Origin: an uncultured Verrucomicrobiae bacterium
GTDB taxonomy: Bacteria > Verrucomicrobiota > Verrucomicrobiia > Chthoniobacterales > Chthoniobacteraceae
Length of the DNA: 64,000 nucleotides
Assembly (NCBI GenBank): GCA_963756185.1
Contig: CAVWMS010000001.1
Location: 11,038 to 75,037, forward strand
Reading direction: 5' to 3'
Within the stretch, counting starts at the first letter, position 1; each line of letters starts with the position of its first letter. A program made the position numbers and the translations under genes. Below, piece by piece: positions 8,454 through 19,035 of the stretch. The notes under the pieces are model-generated. The model saw nothing but the letters and a program-made list of their open reading frames with translations. It ran no database searches and was not told the DNA's origin.

Positions 8454-10028
8454 ATGTCGGAACAGTCACTTTGGCAACGGTACCAGACCCACCTGGTGCG
8501 TTATCACGGTCTGGGCATCTGGCTGGATATCAGCAGGATACGCTTTGGCGACGGATTTTTCGAAGCAATGACCGCGAAGGCGGAGGAGGCCTTCGCGCGG
8601 ATGAAGGAGCTCGAGGCGGGAGCGATCGCCAACCCGGACGAGGGGAGAATGGTGGGGCATTATTGGCTGCGGAATCCGGCACTGGCGCCCACGGCGCAAA
8701 TCCGCGACGAGATCGAGACGACCCGCGAGCTCATCCTCGGGTTCGCCTCGCAGGCGCACGCGGGGACCATCGCCGGCAGCGGCGGGAAATTCACCGATCT
8801 GTTGCTGATCGGCATCGGCGGCTCGGCGTTGGGGCCGCAGTTCATCTCCGAGGCGCTCGGGACCACGCAGGACAAGATGCGCGTCCATTTCCTGGACAAC
8901 ACGGACCCGGATGGATTCGACCGGGTATTCGAAAAGCTCGGCGGCCTGGAGACGACGCTGACCGTGGTGATTTCGAAATCCGGCGGCACAAAGGAAACGC
9001 GCAACGGCATGCTGGAGACGCAGGCGCGGTACGAGGCGCAGGGGCTCACGTTCGGCAAGCACGCGGTCGCCGTCACCGGCGCGGGGAGCGAGCTGGACAA
9101 GGTGGCGGAAAAAGGGTCGTGGCTGCGCCGGTTCCCGATGTGGGATTGGGTGGGCGGGCGCACGTCGGTGATGAGCGCGGTGGGTCTTGTGCCAATGGCG
9201 CTGCAAGGGCTGGATATCGAGCAATTCCTGGCCGGCGCCGCGGCCATGGACGCGAAGACGCGCGTGGGCAAGATCGAGGAGAACGCCTCGATGCTGCTGG
9301 CGCTGATGTGGTATTTCGCCGGAAACGGCAAGGGGGCGAAGGACATGGTGATCCTGCCGTACAAGGACCGGCTCGTTTTGTTTTCAAAGTATTTGCAGCA
9401 ACTGGTGATGGAATCGCTGGGCAAGGAAAAGGACCTGGCCGGAAACGTCGTGCACCAGGGCATCGCGGTATATGGGAACAAAGGCTCGACCGACCAGCAC
9501 GCCTACGTGCAGCAATTGCGCGACGGCGTGCCGAATTTTTTCGCCACCTTCATCGAAGTGCGCAAGGACCGCGACAGCGCGGCATTCGATGTCGAGCCGG
9601 GCGTGACCAGCGGCGATTACCTGCAAGGATTTCTCCGCGGCACCCGCGCGGCGCTCTATGAAAACGGGCGCGACTCGATCACCATCTCGGTGTCGCACGT
9701 CGATGCCTTCACCGTGGGCGCGATGATCGCGCTGTACGAGCGGTCGGTCGGCTATTACGGTTCGCTGGTCAATATCAACGCGTATCATCAGCCCGGAGTC
9801 GAAGCCGGGAAGAAGGCGGCCGCGCGGATCCTCGCATTGCAGGGGAAAGTGCGCGCGGCGCTGGAGGCGGCCAGCGGCAGGCCGAGGACGGCGGAGCAAT
9901 TGGCCGCGGAGACCGCCTCCGACCCCGAGGACGTATTTCACGTTTTGAATCATCTCGCGGCGAACGCGTCAAATATTGCCGCCCAGGACGCGGATGCCCC
10001 CGGCCAGCAGACGTTTACATTGCGATAA
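8454..10028 (+). CDS. pgi: Glucose-6-phosphate isomerase.
   Basis: [21 protein letters not shown] and other PGI signatures. Start at [11 protein letters not shown]. The in-window ORF 8441..9661 is an alternate-frame artefact. Confidence 0.9.
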   Translation: MSEQSLWQRYQTHLVRYHGLGIWLDISRIRFGDGFFEAMTAKAEEAFARMKELEAGAIANPDEGRMVGHYWLRNPALAPTAQIRDEIETTRELILGFASQAHAGTIAGSGGKFTDLLLIGIGGSALGPQFISEALGTTQDKMRVHFLDNTDPDGFDRVFEKLGGLETTLTVVISKSGGTKETRNGMLETQARYEAQGLTFGKHAVAVTGAGSELDKVAEKGSWLRRFPMWDWVGGRTSVMSAVGLVPMALQGLDIEQFLAGAAAMDAKTRVGKIEENASMLLALMWYFAGNGKGAKDMVILPYKDRLVLFSKYLQQLVMESLGKEKDLAGNVVHQGIAVYGNKGSTDQHAYVQQLRDGVPNFFATFIEVRKDRDSAAFDVEPGVTSGDYLQGFLRGTRAALYENGRDSITISVSHVDAFTVGAMIALYERSVGYYGSLVNINAYHQPGVEAGKKAAARILALQGKVRAALEAASGRPRTAEQLAAETASDPEDVFHVLNHLAANASNIAAQDADAPGQQTFTLR

Positions 10029-10034
10029 ATCTAA

Positions 10035-10752
10035 ATGAGCGATACCCCCGCAAGTTTCCAGAACGGGCCCGGCATTCCACTGCCGCGGCTGGTGAATTTT
10101 GTAAAGCAGGTCACGCACGACGTGCGCAATGGCCTCAATGCCATCGATTTGCAAGCCGCCTATATCGGCGAGCTGGCGGGCGACAGCGAAATCGGCCAGG
10201 AAGTGGGAAAATTGAGGCGAATGATCACGCACGTCACGCTCGGGATGCAGGAGCTCTCCGGGCGGTTTGGGGAGTTGAAGGCGTTGAAGGTGGTCTATCC
10301 CGTACAGGAGTTGCTCCAGGGGCTGAAGGAGACAGTCGAGCCGCGAATTCGAGACGCAGGCGAAGCGTGTGGTGTGGGAGATCAAGTTCGAGGATGAGGA
10401 ACTGGAGATGGATTACACCATGCTCACCAACGCGCTGGTCGAGCTGGTGCGCAACGCGATTTATTTTCGTGAGGGCGACCAGGCGATCCGTTTCACCGCG
10501 TGGGACGAGGGGGACAACGCGGTGTTCGAGGTGCGGCAGGCGCGCTCGCAGCCGGCGGGCGATCCGGCGCAATGGGGGCGCGCCCCGCTGATGTCGAGCC
10601 GCCGTGGCGGGTACGGATTGGGATTGTTTTACGTTCGCCGGATTTTGGATACACTAGGTGGCACGCTGGACCCGCGATACAACGCGGAGTCCGGCGAATT
10701 GAGCGTGCGGCTGTCTCTGCCTCTGAAAGGGGCGGGGCCGGCGCGGCTCTAA
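10035..10752 (+). pseudogene. Cytoplasmic histidine kinase (NtrB-like: HisKA + HATPase_c, no sensor domain) interrupted by a +1 frameshift near 10345-10370.
   Basis: H-box THDVRNGLNAIDLQA is in frame 0. The N/G boxes (LVELVRNAIYF..., GGYGLGLFYVRRI) are in frame +1. Frames join at ...EPRI/FETQAKRVVWEIKF. Confidence 0.6.
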
Positions 10753-10755
10753 AGA

Positions 10756-12143
10756 ATGAAGAAAATAGTTGTCATCGACGATGAGCGGCCGGTGTTGGCC
10801 GACGCTGCAGGCGCTGCTCGAGCGGCATGGGTATTCCGTGCAACTGGCCGGGACTGCGAGCGCGGGCCTCGGGCTCATCGAGAAGACGCAGCCGGAGCTG
10901 GTGCTCCTGGACCTGGGGCTGCCGGATGCGGCCGGGCCTCGAGACGCTGGCCAGGATCAGGCAGGACCATCCGGACATCGCGGTCATCATCATCACGGCG
11001 CAGGACTCGCTCAGCAATGCCATCGAGTCGATCAAGCTGGGCGCGTTCCATTTCATCTCGAAGCCCTACGCGCCCGAGGAATTGCTCAACGTCATCGTGC
11101 GCGCGCTCGAGCAGCGCGACCTGGTAAAGGACCGGGACCAACTGATGGCGAAGACGGCGGAGCTGGCGCGCCAGCTCGAGGAGGCGCAGATGCAGCTCGC
11201 GCCGACGGTCACCAGCCGGCGCATGCGCGAAATCCACGAACTGGTGGCGCGCGTCGCGCCGAGCGACGCAAATGTGCTCATTACCGGCGAGAGCGGCGTG
11301 GGCAAGGAAGTGGTGGCGAACCAGATTCACCGGCTCAGCACCCGGCAGGCCGGCCTGATGGTGAAGTTGAATTGCGCGGCCTTTCCGCAGAACATGATCG
11401 AGAGCGAGTTGTTCGGCTATGTGAAAGGGGCGTTCACGGGCGCGGCGAATGATTTTCCGGGGATGATCCACGAGGCCGCGGGCGGCACGCTCTTCCTGGA
11501 CGAGATCGCGGAGATGCCGCCGGATTTGCAGACCCGATTCCTGCGGGTGCTGCAGGACCGCGAGTATCGCTCTCTCGGCAGCACGAAAACGGTGAAGGCC
11601 GATTTCCGGCTCGTCGCGGCCACCAACCGGCCCGTCCAGGCGGCGCTGGCCGGCGGCGCGCTGCGGCAGGATTTGTATTACCGGCTCAAGACGTTCGAAA
11701 TGGAGATACCCCCGCTGCGGGAGCGGCGCGAGGATATTCCCGCGCTGGCGCTGCAATTCGCGCGCCGGTTCGCCGCGCAGATGAACAAAGGCGAGCCGCG
11801 CTTTTCGCCGGAGGCGTTCCGGGTGTTGATGGATTACAATTGGCCTGGCAACGTGCGCGAGCTGCAAAACGCGGTCGAGCACAGCATCGTGCTGTGCGAA
11901 AGCGGCTCGGTAATGCCGAAACATCTCCCACGCGAGCTGCGCCTGCCGGCGATCCTGCAGGAGGCCGCGGTGCAATCGATCAACGGCGGGGGGAACCTGA
12001 AGCTGGACGTGCGGGAACGCGAGGCGATCCTGCAAGCCCTGGCGCAATGCCACGGCAATAAAAAGAAGGCGGCGGCCGTGCTCGGCATCCACCGTCCGAC
12101 CTTGTACTCGAAAATGAAACGGTACGGGATCGAATTGAAGTGA
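10756..12143 (+). pseudogene. Sigma-54-dependent response regulator (NtrC family: REC + AAA+ + Fis-type HTH) with two +1 frameshifts in the receiver domain, at about 10795 and about 10925.
   Basis: MKKIVVIDDERPVL is in frame 1. TLQALLERHGYSV...LVLLDLGLPD is in frame 2. GLETLARIRQDHPDIAVIIITAQDS and onward is in frame 0. Downstream it is intact: GESGVGKEVVA, GAFTGA, ESELFGY, NWPGNVRELQN and a C-terminal HTH. Confidence 0.6.
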
Positions 12144-14966
12144 GCAGAAAGTTGCAGGCAGCGTCCCGGGCGGCGGCGGTCGATCAAACCGCGAAGACGG
12201 ATGCCCTTTCGCGGCACCGTGAGAAAGTGCTCGAGCACGCGGAGGCGCAACTGGCGCTGCAAGGCAAGGAAAGCCCGGCGGAGCTGCTGGCGCTTTACAA
12301 GCGGTTCCTGAAAATCGAGAACCACCGGCTGCGGCTCAAGCACAACGCGGGGGAAGGCGGGCGGGAAATCGCGCATCAGCGGGCCAGCCTGGTCGATATC
12401 GTACTGCGGCATTTGTTTGACGGCGCGGCGGCAAAGGCCGGGAGACGTCGATTTGCGCGAACTGTCGCTCGTGGCGATCGGCGGTTACGGGCGGGACGAG
12501 CTGAATCCTTACAGCGACGTGGATATCATGTTCCTCACTCGGCAAAGGGAAAGGAAGTGCCGTCGGAGTTGAACGAGGTCATCCAGATGATCCTCTACAT
12601 GTTATGGGACATCGGATTCAAGGTGGGTCATTCCACGCGGTCGATCCCCGGGGCGATCAAGCAGGCCAACATCGACATGCTTTCGAAGACGTCGCTGCTC
12701 GAGTCGCGCCACGTGGCGGGCAGCCGGGAGTTATTCGACGATTTCCGGCGGGAATTCGTGAAGCGCTGCGTGCACGGCTACGAGAAGGAATACATCCTGC
12801 AGCGGTTCGAGAACCAGACGGAGCGGCACGCGAAGTTTGGCGAGACGGTCTATATGCAGGAGCCAAACGTGAAGAACGGATGCGGCGGGCTGCGGGATTA
12901 CCAGAACCTGCTGTGGATCGCATTTTTCCGCGAGGAGATTGCCACCACGGCGGAGCTGGTGCAGCGGAAACTGCTTTCGGACATCGAGCGGCGCAGGCTG
13001 GATCGCGCCTACGACTTCCTGCTGCGGGTGCGCACGGAGCTTCACTATCTGAACAAGCGCGGCACGGACGTACTCAGTCTCGGTTTCCAGGGACAGGTGG
13101 CCAATAACTTCCGTTACCCGCAGAAGAACATCCTCAGGCGCACCGAGGCGTTCATGCGGGAGTATTACTGGCACGCGCGGGACCTCTATAACATCACCGA
13201 GATGGTGGTCGAGCGGCTGGGACATGGGATCGTCGACGCGAAGCCGGCGGGCCTGCTGCACTTGTTCGGCAACGGCAAGAAGCAGAGTGGAGTATTTTGA
13301 CGGATTTTATTCCGAGGGTGGATTTGATTTACGCGGAATCGCGCGACGTGTTCACCCAGGATCCCTACCGGATGATGCGCGTTTTCCAGCACGCGCAGCA
13401 GCGGCATCTGCGGCTTTCGTCGGAGCTGCAGCAGTTGATCCGGCGCAAGCTGCCGCATGGTGGGCCGGACATTCCAATACTCGCGGGCGGCGCGCGAGAC
13501 ATTCCAGGCCATCCTGTCGCGCAAAGGGGAGGTGGGGCGGGTGCTGCGGATGATGCACCAGGTCGATTTTCTGGGGAGATACATTCCGGAGTTCGGCGAC
13601 CTGACCTGCCTGGTGCAGCACGAGTTTTTCCACCGGTACACGGCGGATGAGCACACGCTGGTGTGCATCGACAAGCTGGACTCGCTGATCGATACCACCA
13701 ATCCCAAGCTGCAGGATTACCGGATATCTGTTCCAGAAGCTGGAGGACCCGTACGTGCTCTATCTCGCGCTGCTGCTGCACGACACGGGCAAGGCGACCG
13801 GGGCCCGGTATCACGCGGAGGCGAGCGCGCTTTACGCGCAGCGGGTGGCGGCGCGGCTGCAACTTAGCTCGGAGCGCCGAAAGGCGCTGATCCTGCTGGT
13901 GGACAATCACATGACGCTTTCGAACGTCGCGCAGCGGCGCAACCTGGACGACGCCGCCACGATCCAGGAGTTCGCGGACGTGGTGAAGACGCAATCGAAC
14001 CTCGACGCGCTGATGCTGCTGACTTTGGCCGACGGGCAGGGGACAGGGGACGAGAATTGGTCGGACTGGAAGGAATCGCTCGTCTGGCAGTTGTACCGCT
14101 CGACCACGCAGTTTCTCGAGGATGGCGCTTCGTTTTTCCGCCAGCGCCGCATCGAGCGCGAGGAGCTGCGCAAGCGGGTCGGCGCGCTTTTGCCGAAGGA
14201 TTTCGAGGAGGAGGTCGAGGCGCATTTTCAATACATGCCGGATTACTATTTCCAGACCAATCCGGCGAACGACATCGCGGCGCACGTCCGGCTCTTCCGC
14301 GCATTCCTCGAGCGGGAATCGAAGGGGCTCGAGAACGCGCTCACGCCCGTGGTCAAGTGGGTGCCGCATGCCGACCAGGGGCATACGGAAATGTGGATAT
14401 GCACCTGGGACCGCAAGGCGCTGCTCACGCGCATCGCCGGCTCCCTCTCCGTGGCGCACCTGAACATCCTGAGCGCGGATATCTTCACGCGCGGGGACAG
14501 CCTGGCGCTGGATTTCTTCCGCGTGTGCGACACGAAATTCCAGGCGGTGACGGACCAGCGGGACATCGCGGCGGTCGAGAAGATGCTCAAGCAGGCGCTC
14601 TCGCAGGAGGATTTCGATTTTCATCCGCTGCTGCAAAAGGCGAAGAAGCGCCCGGGATTTCATTTGTCGCAGGAGCTCGATTTTCCGACACGGATATGGA
14701 TCGATAACGGCGCGCACCCGGTATACACATTGGTGGACATCCAGACGCCGGACCGGTTGGGGTTGCTGTATGACTTGCTCAGGGCATTCGCGGATTCGCG
14801 GGTGAACATCGTCCTTTCGCGCATCACCACGGAGAAAGGCGCGGCGATAGACAGCTTCTATGTCACCGACGTGGATGGCAGAAAGATCCGCGACCAGGAA
14901 CATATTACGGAGATACAAAAGGCATTGAAGCAGGCCGCCCCCGGCGTGCCGCTGAAGGAAAGCTGA
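12140..14966 (+). pseudogene. glnD: [Protein-PII] uridylyltransferase / uridylyl-removing enzyme GlnD, interrupted by at least 5 frameshifts at about 12420, 12540, 13290-13330, 13480 and 13740.
   Basis: The nucleotidyltransferase motif ELSLVAIGGYGRDELNPYSDVDIMFL sits in a different frame from its flanks. The HD-domain ([19 protein letters not shown]...[13 protein letters not shown]) and C-terminal ACT segments lie in three different frames. Five ORF pieces tile the gene. Confidence 0.6.
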
Positions 14967-14973
14967 GTCTGTC

Positions 14974-16548
14974 TTAGTTATTTGGCGTGCCGGTTTTTAC
15001 CTCGATGATGTCGTGGGGGGCGGATTCCTTCTGGCCGGCGGGGGTGATTCGGGCGAAGCGGGCGCGGCGGCGCAGCTCGACCAGGTTCGGGGCGCCCAGA
15101 TAGCCCATGCCGGATTGGACGCCGCCGACGAGTTGGGTCATCACGGCATCGAGCGACGGGGAAACCTCCTTCAAGGCCTCGACCCCTTCGGCGGCCACCT
15201 TGCGCGTGGCATCCTTTGTATGGCCGTAGCGCGCGGCGGAGCCCGCCTTCATGGCGGCCGGGCTGCCCATGCCGCGGTATTGTTTATAGGGCTTGCCGTT
15301 GATCTCGATGATCTGGCCCGGGGCTTCCGGGCATCCGGCCAGCAGGCCGCCGCAGATCACCGCGTGCGAGAGCGTGAGCGCCTTTACGATGTCGCCGCTC
15401 TTGGCGATGCCGCCGTCGGCGATGATGCTCACGCCGGCCTCTTGCGCGGCCTTGCCGCAGACGTAGAGCGCGGTCAATTGCGGAATACCGACGCCGGCGA
15501 CAATGCGCGTGGTGCAAATCGATCCCGGCCCCTGTCCCACCTTGATCGCGTCGGCGCCGCAGCGGGCGAGGTACTCGACAGCGGAGGCGCTGGTCACGTT
15601 GCCCGCGATGATCGGCAACTCCGGGAACGCGGCGCGAATGAGCCGCACGGTGTCGCCGACGCCCTTGCTGAAGCCGTGCGCGGTGGAAATCGCGACCGCA
15701 TCGACACCGCGGTCCACCAGCGCGCCGACGTGCTGGACGATGCGATTCTGGTCGAGTTCGCCGGTCGAGTTGCGGGTCGCGGAGACTGCCGCGCCGCAGA
15801 TGAGCCGGAAATTCGCGTCGCGGGCCGGCTTGAGCGGCGCGGCCTTTTCCTGGCTGATGCGCTCGATGTCGCTGAGGGTAAAGAGCCCGCGCAGCCGGTC
15901 CTGGTCATCGACCACCAGCAGCTTGTGGATGCCGATGTGCTCGTTGAAAAACTTGTCCGCGCGGGCGATGGGGTCGGGCTGCAATTCCCTTTCGGCGATG
16001 GTCTGGACCTGCTCGCGCGGCATCATCGCGTCGCTGACCTTGCGCGCGGCGTAGCGCGGGCGCACCACGTGGCCCGGCAGCAGGCCGAGCAATTTCCCGT
16101 GATCGTCCACGATGGGAAAGGTGCTGAAGGCAAAACGCCGTTCATCGATGAGCGCCAGCACGTCGCCGATGAATTGATCGGGCGACACCTTGATCGGCTC
16201 CTGGATGAGGCCATGGACGTGATATTTTACCCGGGTCAGCTCGGAGAGCTGCTGCCGGTCGGACATATTGTAATGGATGAGCCCGAGGCCGCCGTTGAGC
16301 GCCATGGCGATGGCCATGCGCGATTCGGTGACGGTGTCCATGTCCGCCGAGATGATGGGGATTTGGAGATGGAGCCGTTCGGCGAGCGCGGTTTCGAGGT
16401 TTGAGTCGCGTGGGAGAATTTCCGAGTACTGCGTGGCGAGCGTCACGTCGTCGTAGGTGAGCGCCACGCCCTGCTGCGCGGGAAAAAAGGAATCCGCCGG
16501 CTGATAGAAGGCGTCGTCAACAGCGGCGCATCGAGAGGAGTCTGCCAT
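14974..16548 (-). CDS. guaB: Inosine-5'-monophosphate dehydrogenase.
   Basis: CBS pair plus catalytic loop IIAGNV...[16 protein letters not shown]...GSICTTR, at 524 aa. Confidence 0.9.
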   Translation of the reverse strand: MADSSRCAAVDDAFYQPADSFFPAQQGVALTYDDVTLATQYSEILPRDSNLETALAERLHLQIPIISADMDTVTESRMAIAMALNGGLGLIHYNMSDRQQLSELTRVKYHVHGLIQEPIKVSPDQFIGDVLALIDERRFAFSTFPIVDDHGKLLGLLPGHVVRPRYAARKVSDAMMPREQVQTIAERELQPDPIARADKFFNEHIGIHKLLVVDDQDRLRGLFTLSDIERISQEKAAPLKPARDANFRLICGAAVSATRNSTGELDQNRIVQHVGALVDRGVDAVAISTAHGFSKGVGDTVRLIRAAFPELPIIAGNVTSASAVEYLARCGADAIKVGQGPGSICTTRIVAGVGIPQLTALYVCGKAAQEAGVSIIADGGIAKSGDIVKALTLSHAVICGGLLAGCPEAPGQIIEINGKPYKQYRGMGSPAAMKAGSAARYGHTKDATRKVAAEGVEALKEVSPSLDAVMTQLVGGVQSGMGYLGAPNLVELRRRARFARITPAGQKESAPHDIIEVKTGTPNN

Positions 16549-16637
16549 GGTTTATCTTGGGGAAGCGGGGGGCCGGTGGCAAGGCCCAAAAGCCGCCTTG
16601 AACGGTCTCGCGGCAGGAGAAAAGGGGGTGAAAGTGG

Positions 16638-16707
16638 CTTGATTCACCTTGATTGACCTTGATTGACCTTGATTGACCTTGATTGACCTTGATTGACCTT
16701 GATTCTG
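16638..16707. repeat. Tandem 10-bp repeat (CCTTGATTGA)x7 in the divergent guaB / subtilase-operon intergenic region.
   Basis: The sequence reads gcttgattca ccttgattga x5 ccttgattct. It is a perfect head-to-tail array with no spacers. Confidence 0.85.
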
Positions 16708-16713
16708 AATAGG

Positions 16714-16734
16714 TGCCATATGGCGCATATGGCA
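16714..16734. promoter_or_regulatory. Double palindrome TGCCATATGGCGCATATGGCA (two CCATATGG half-sites). Candidate operator upstream of the subtilase / cysteine-rich protein operon.
   Basis: The symmetry is read directly. It lies 7 bp after the tandem repeats and about 230 bp upstream of the 16961 start. Confidence 0.4.
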
Positions 16735-16960
16735 TGCAGTTGCCCTTCGCTTTCTGCCGTTTGGGCGGCGGTAATTATCGCGTCTGGCGCTTTCATTTGT
16801 GCCGGGGCTTTTCCTCACCTTAGCAAATTCAGTGTCGCGTGGGTTAGAGGTTTTCGGCGGGGCCTCAGGAGGTGAGACATTTTGTCCTGGTGGTTTTTGC
16901 CTATTTCAATTTTTTCAGGGGAAAAGCATTGTTGAGAATCGACGTTAAACTTTATGGGCT

Positions 16961-17854
16961 ATGAGGACTTCCCTCGACTTGAGCGGCTTGACTTCGCTGA
17001 TGAGGCGAACGGCTGGCCGCAGGGGGGTCATCATCGGGCTCGTGGATGGGCCTGTGGATATGGGAAATCCGAATTTCGCAACTGAGGCGATTCGCGAAAT
17101 GGCCATGCATTCGCCAGGTCAGACGGGCGCCTGTAATTTTCCCCAGAGTAATTCGTGCCGGCACGGCACATTCGTGGCTGGCATTCTCGCCGCCAAGCGC
17201 GGCTCCGATGCGCCCGCGATATGTCCCGGATGCACTGTGCTGTTGCGCCCGATCTTTTCGGAGGAAGAATCATCGGATTCAATGCCCGCAGCTTCTCCGC
17301 GCGAACTTGCCGACGCCATCGTGGAGGTAGTGCAGGCAGGAGCCAATATTGTGAATCTCAGTTGTCAACTGCCGCGTGGTTCGGCAGGTGCGGAACGAGA
17401 CCTCGACGACGCCTTCAATTACGCCGCATCGCGCGGCGCAATTTGCGTAGCCGCGGCGGGCAACGAAGGATCGCTCGGAAGTTCCGCCATCACAAGGCAT
17501 CAATGGGTGATTCCGGTGGCCGCCTGTGACCGAACCGGCCATCCTACGGAAGGATCGAACCTGGGACATTCGATAGGCCGCCGCGGGTTGCTTGCTCCCG
17601 GCGACAGCATTCGCAGCCTCGGGGCCGAGCACGAAGACTATCCCGTGAGCGGCACCAGCGCGGCTGCGCCCTTTGTTGCCGGCGCGGCGGCGTTGCTTTG
17701 GTCGGAATTTCCCGAAGCAAAAGCGGTGGATGTCTGGCAGGCTCTCAACCTGATCCAAGTTTTGCGGCGCACCAGTGTGGTGCCGCCCCTGCTTGATGCA
17801 TGGCGATCGTATCAATGGCTGAATTCGCATTTTGGCAGGACACAAACCCTATGA
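16961..17854 (+). CDS. Subtilisin-like serine protease (peptidase S8) consisting of the catalytic domain only, with no signal peptide.
   Basis: Asp-box GVIIGLVDGPVD, His-box HGTFVAGILAA and Ser-box GTSAAAPFVAGAAALL. The N-terminus is hydrophilic. Confidence 0.8.
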   Translation: MRTSLDLSGLTSLMRRTAGRRGVIIGLVDGPVDMGNPNFATEAIREMAMHSPGQTGACNFPQSNSCRHGTFVAGILAAKRGSDAPAICPGCTVLLRPIFSEEESSDSMPAASPRELADAIVEVVQAGANIVNLSCQLPRGSAGAERDLDDAFNYAASRGAICVAAAGNEGSLGSSAITRHQWVIPVAACDRTGHPTEGSNLGHSIGRRGLLAPGDSIRSLGAEHEDYPVSGTSAAAPFVAGAAALLWSEFPEAKAVDVWQALNLIQVLRRTSVVPPLLDAWRSYQWLNSHFGRTQTL

Positions 17855-18069
17855 AAAAGGGAGGCAGAGCAACTGTATCCGAGCCCAGCAGTCCTCAGCC
17901 GCACGTCGTTCGCCTGCCTGGCTGGATCGTGAAGGAGGAGGTTGGACTCGGAGACGTCATCAAACGGGTCACCCGCGCGATTGGGATTCCGACCTGCCCG
18001 GGCTGCCAGCGTCGCGCCGACACACTTAACCGCTGGGTAAAAATCACCCCTGGCGACCACAAAACATAA
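17851..18069 (+). CDS. Small protein (73 aa) translationally coupled to the subtilase through an ATGA overlap.
   Basis: MKKGGRATVSEPSS...IPTCPGCQRRADTLNRWVKITPGDHKT. No recognisable domain. Confidence 0.45.
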   Translation: MKKGGRATVSEPSSPQPHVVRLPGWIVKEEVGLGDVIKRVTRAIGIPTCPGCQRRADTLNRWVKITPGDHKT

Positions 18070-18101
18070 ACACCAAAAATAATAACAAGAAAACCGACAT
18101 C

Positions 18102-19031
18102 ATGACAACAGCCACCGAGACCAATGAACCCGCCGACGCCGTCCAGGCAGCCAGCGACTCCAACCCGGTTACAGCCGCCGCGCCGGCAACTGCGCTTCCA
18201 AGAGCAGTTTCGCCCCCGGGCTCGTGTCCAACCTGCGCCACGGCGCCGGCTGGCGCCCGGGCAAATTCCTACGTCTGGGCAATTGGAAAGATCGAGCCAC
18301 AATTCATGGGCATTGCGGAGGAGAAGGAATACGCGCAGGTCGTCGGTGGTATTGAAACGGAGGGTCTTACCAAGCGCCAGGTCTTCTCCAAGGTGCTCAA
18401 AAATCCAAATTATCATTATTTAATGCGGGATGGTCTCGCTTGGATCATGAGAATTGGCGGGCAGGAGGTCTATGAGTTAAAGCCGCGCTACGAAAGCGAT
18501 TTTCATCTCCTCGTAGAGTCGTTTCAACCTGAGGTCGACTCAAACGCGCTTGACGCCGTTATTGGGACGAACGTCGGGATGCCGCGTCAAGGGCTACGCG
18601 GCGCACCGTTGCTGCCCGTCGTGAGAGTCCACCAGATTTATACCTTTACTAAAGAACATTTGATTAAGGGAATTCCAGGCGATAAAAAATCCCATACAAA
18701 AGAGTTCAACGCCTCTGCCCACGAGGTGCTCAATCGGATTCTGGCCTTTACGGAAAATCTCGGCAACACCGATTGCGACCGCGCGAAGAACTGGATCGCG
18801 TTGCGCAGTCCGTACCTTTACAAAATCGTGGCGGAATGTCATGGACGCGACTTGGAGTTGGCCAGGATAGAGTGCCGCCCCCACCCGCTTTCCGGAGCCC
18901 GCAACCTTGTCGACCTATTGCTCCGATTTGAGTCGCGAGGAAAGGAGTTTGGCGAGAAATATCGCGTTATTCTGGACATGACTGACGCCCTCCCGTTCCA
19001 AGTTTCCCCATTTGAGCGTTACTACGCTTAA
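18102..19031 (+). CDS. Hypothetical protein (309 aa) in the subtilase / cysteine-rich protein operon.
   Basis: Long ORF with lower GC. Ala/Pro-rich N-terminus with CPTC. No recognisable domain. Confidence 0.55.
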   Translation: MTTATETNEPADAVQAASDSNPVTAAAPATALPRAVSPPGSCPTCATAPAGARANSYVWAIGKIEPQFMGIAEEKEYAQVVGGIETEGLTKRQVFSKVLKNPNYHYLMRDGLAWIMRIGGQEVYELKPRYESDFHLLVESFQPEVDSNALDAVIGTNVGMPRQGLRGAPLLPVVRVHQIYTFTKEHLIKGIPGDKKSHTKEFNASAHEVLNRILAFTENLGNTDCDRAKNWIALRSPYLYKIVAECHGRDLELARIECRPHPLSGARNLVDLLLRFESRGKEFGEKYRVILDMTDALPFQVSPFERYYA

Positions 19032-19035
19032 TAAT

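Noticed and set aside
8441-9661. 406-aa ORF overlapping pgi.
   Set aside because: It is the alternate frame of pgi and Arg/Gly-rich with no motifs. pgi in the other frame has clear signatures.
15013-16404. 463-aa plus-strand ORF.
   Set aside because: It is antisense to guaB and has a low-complexity, Gly/Ala/Arg/Asp-rich composition.
16638-16707. Possible CRISPR array.
   Set aside because: The repeats are 10 bp and directly abutting, with no spacers, and no cas genes are nearby. This is a simple tandem repeat.
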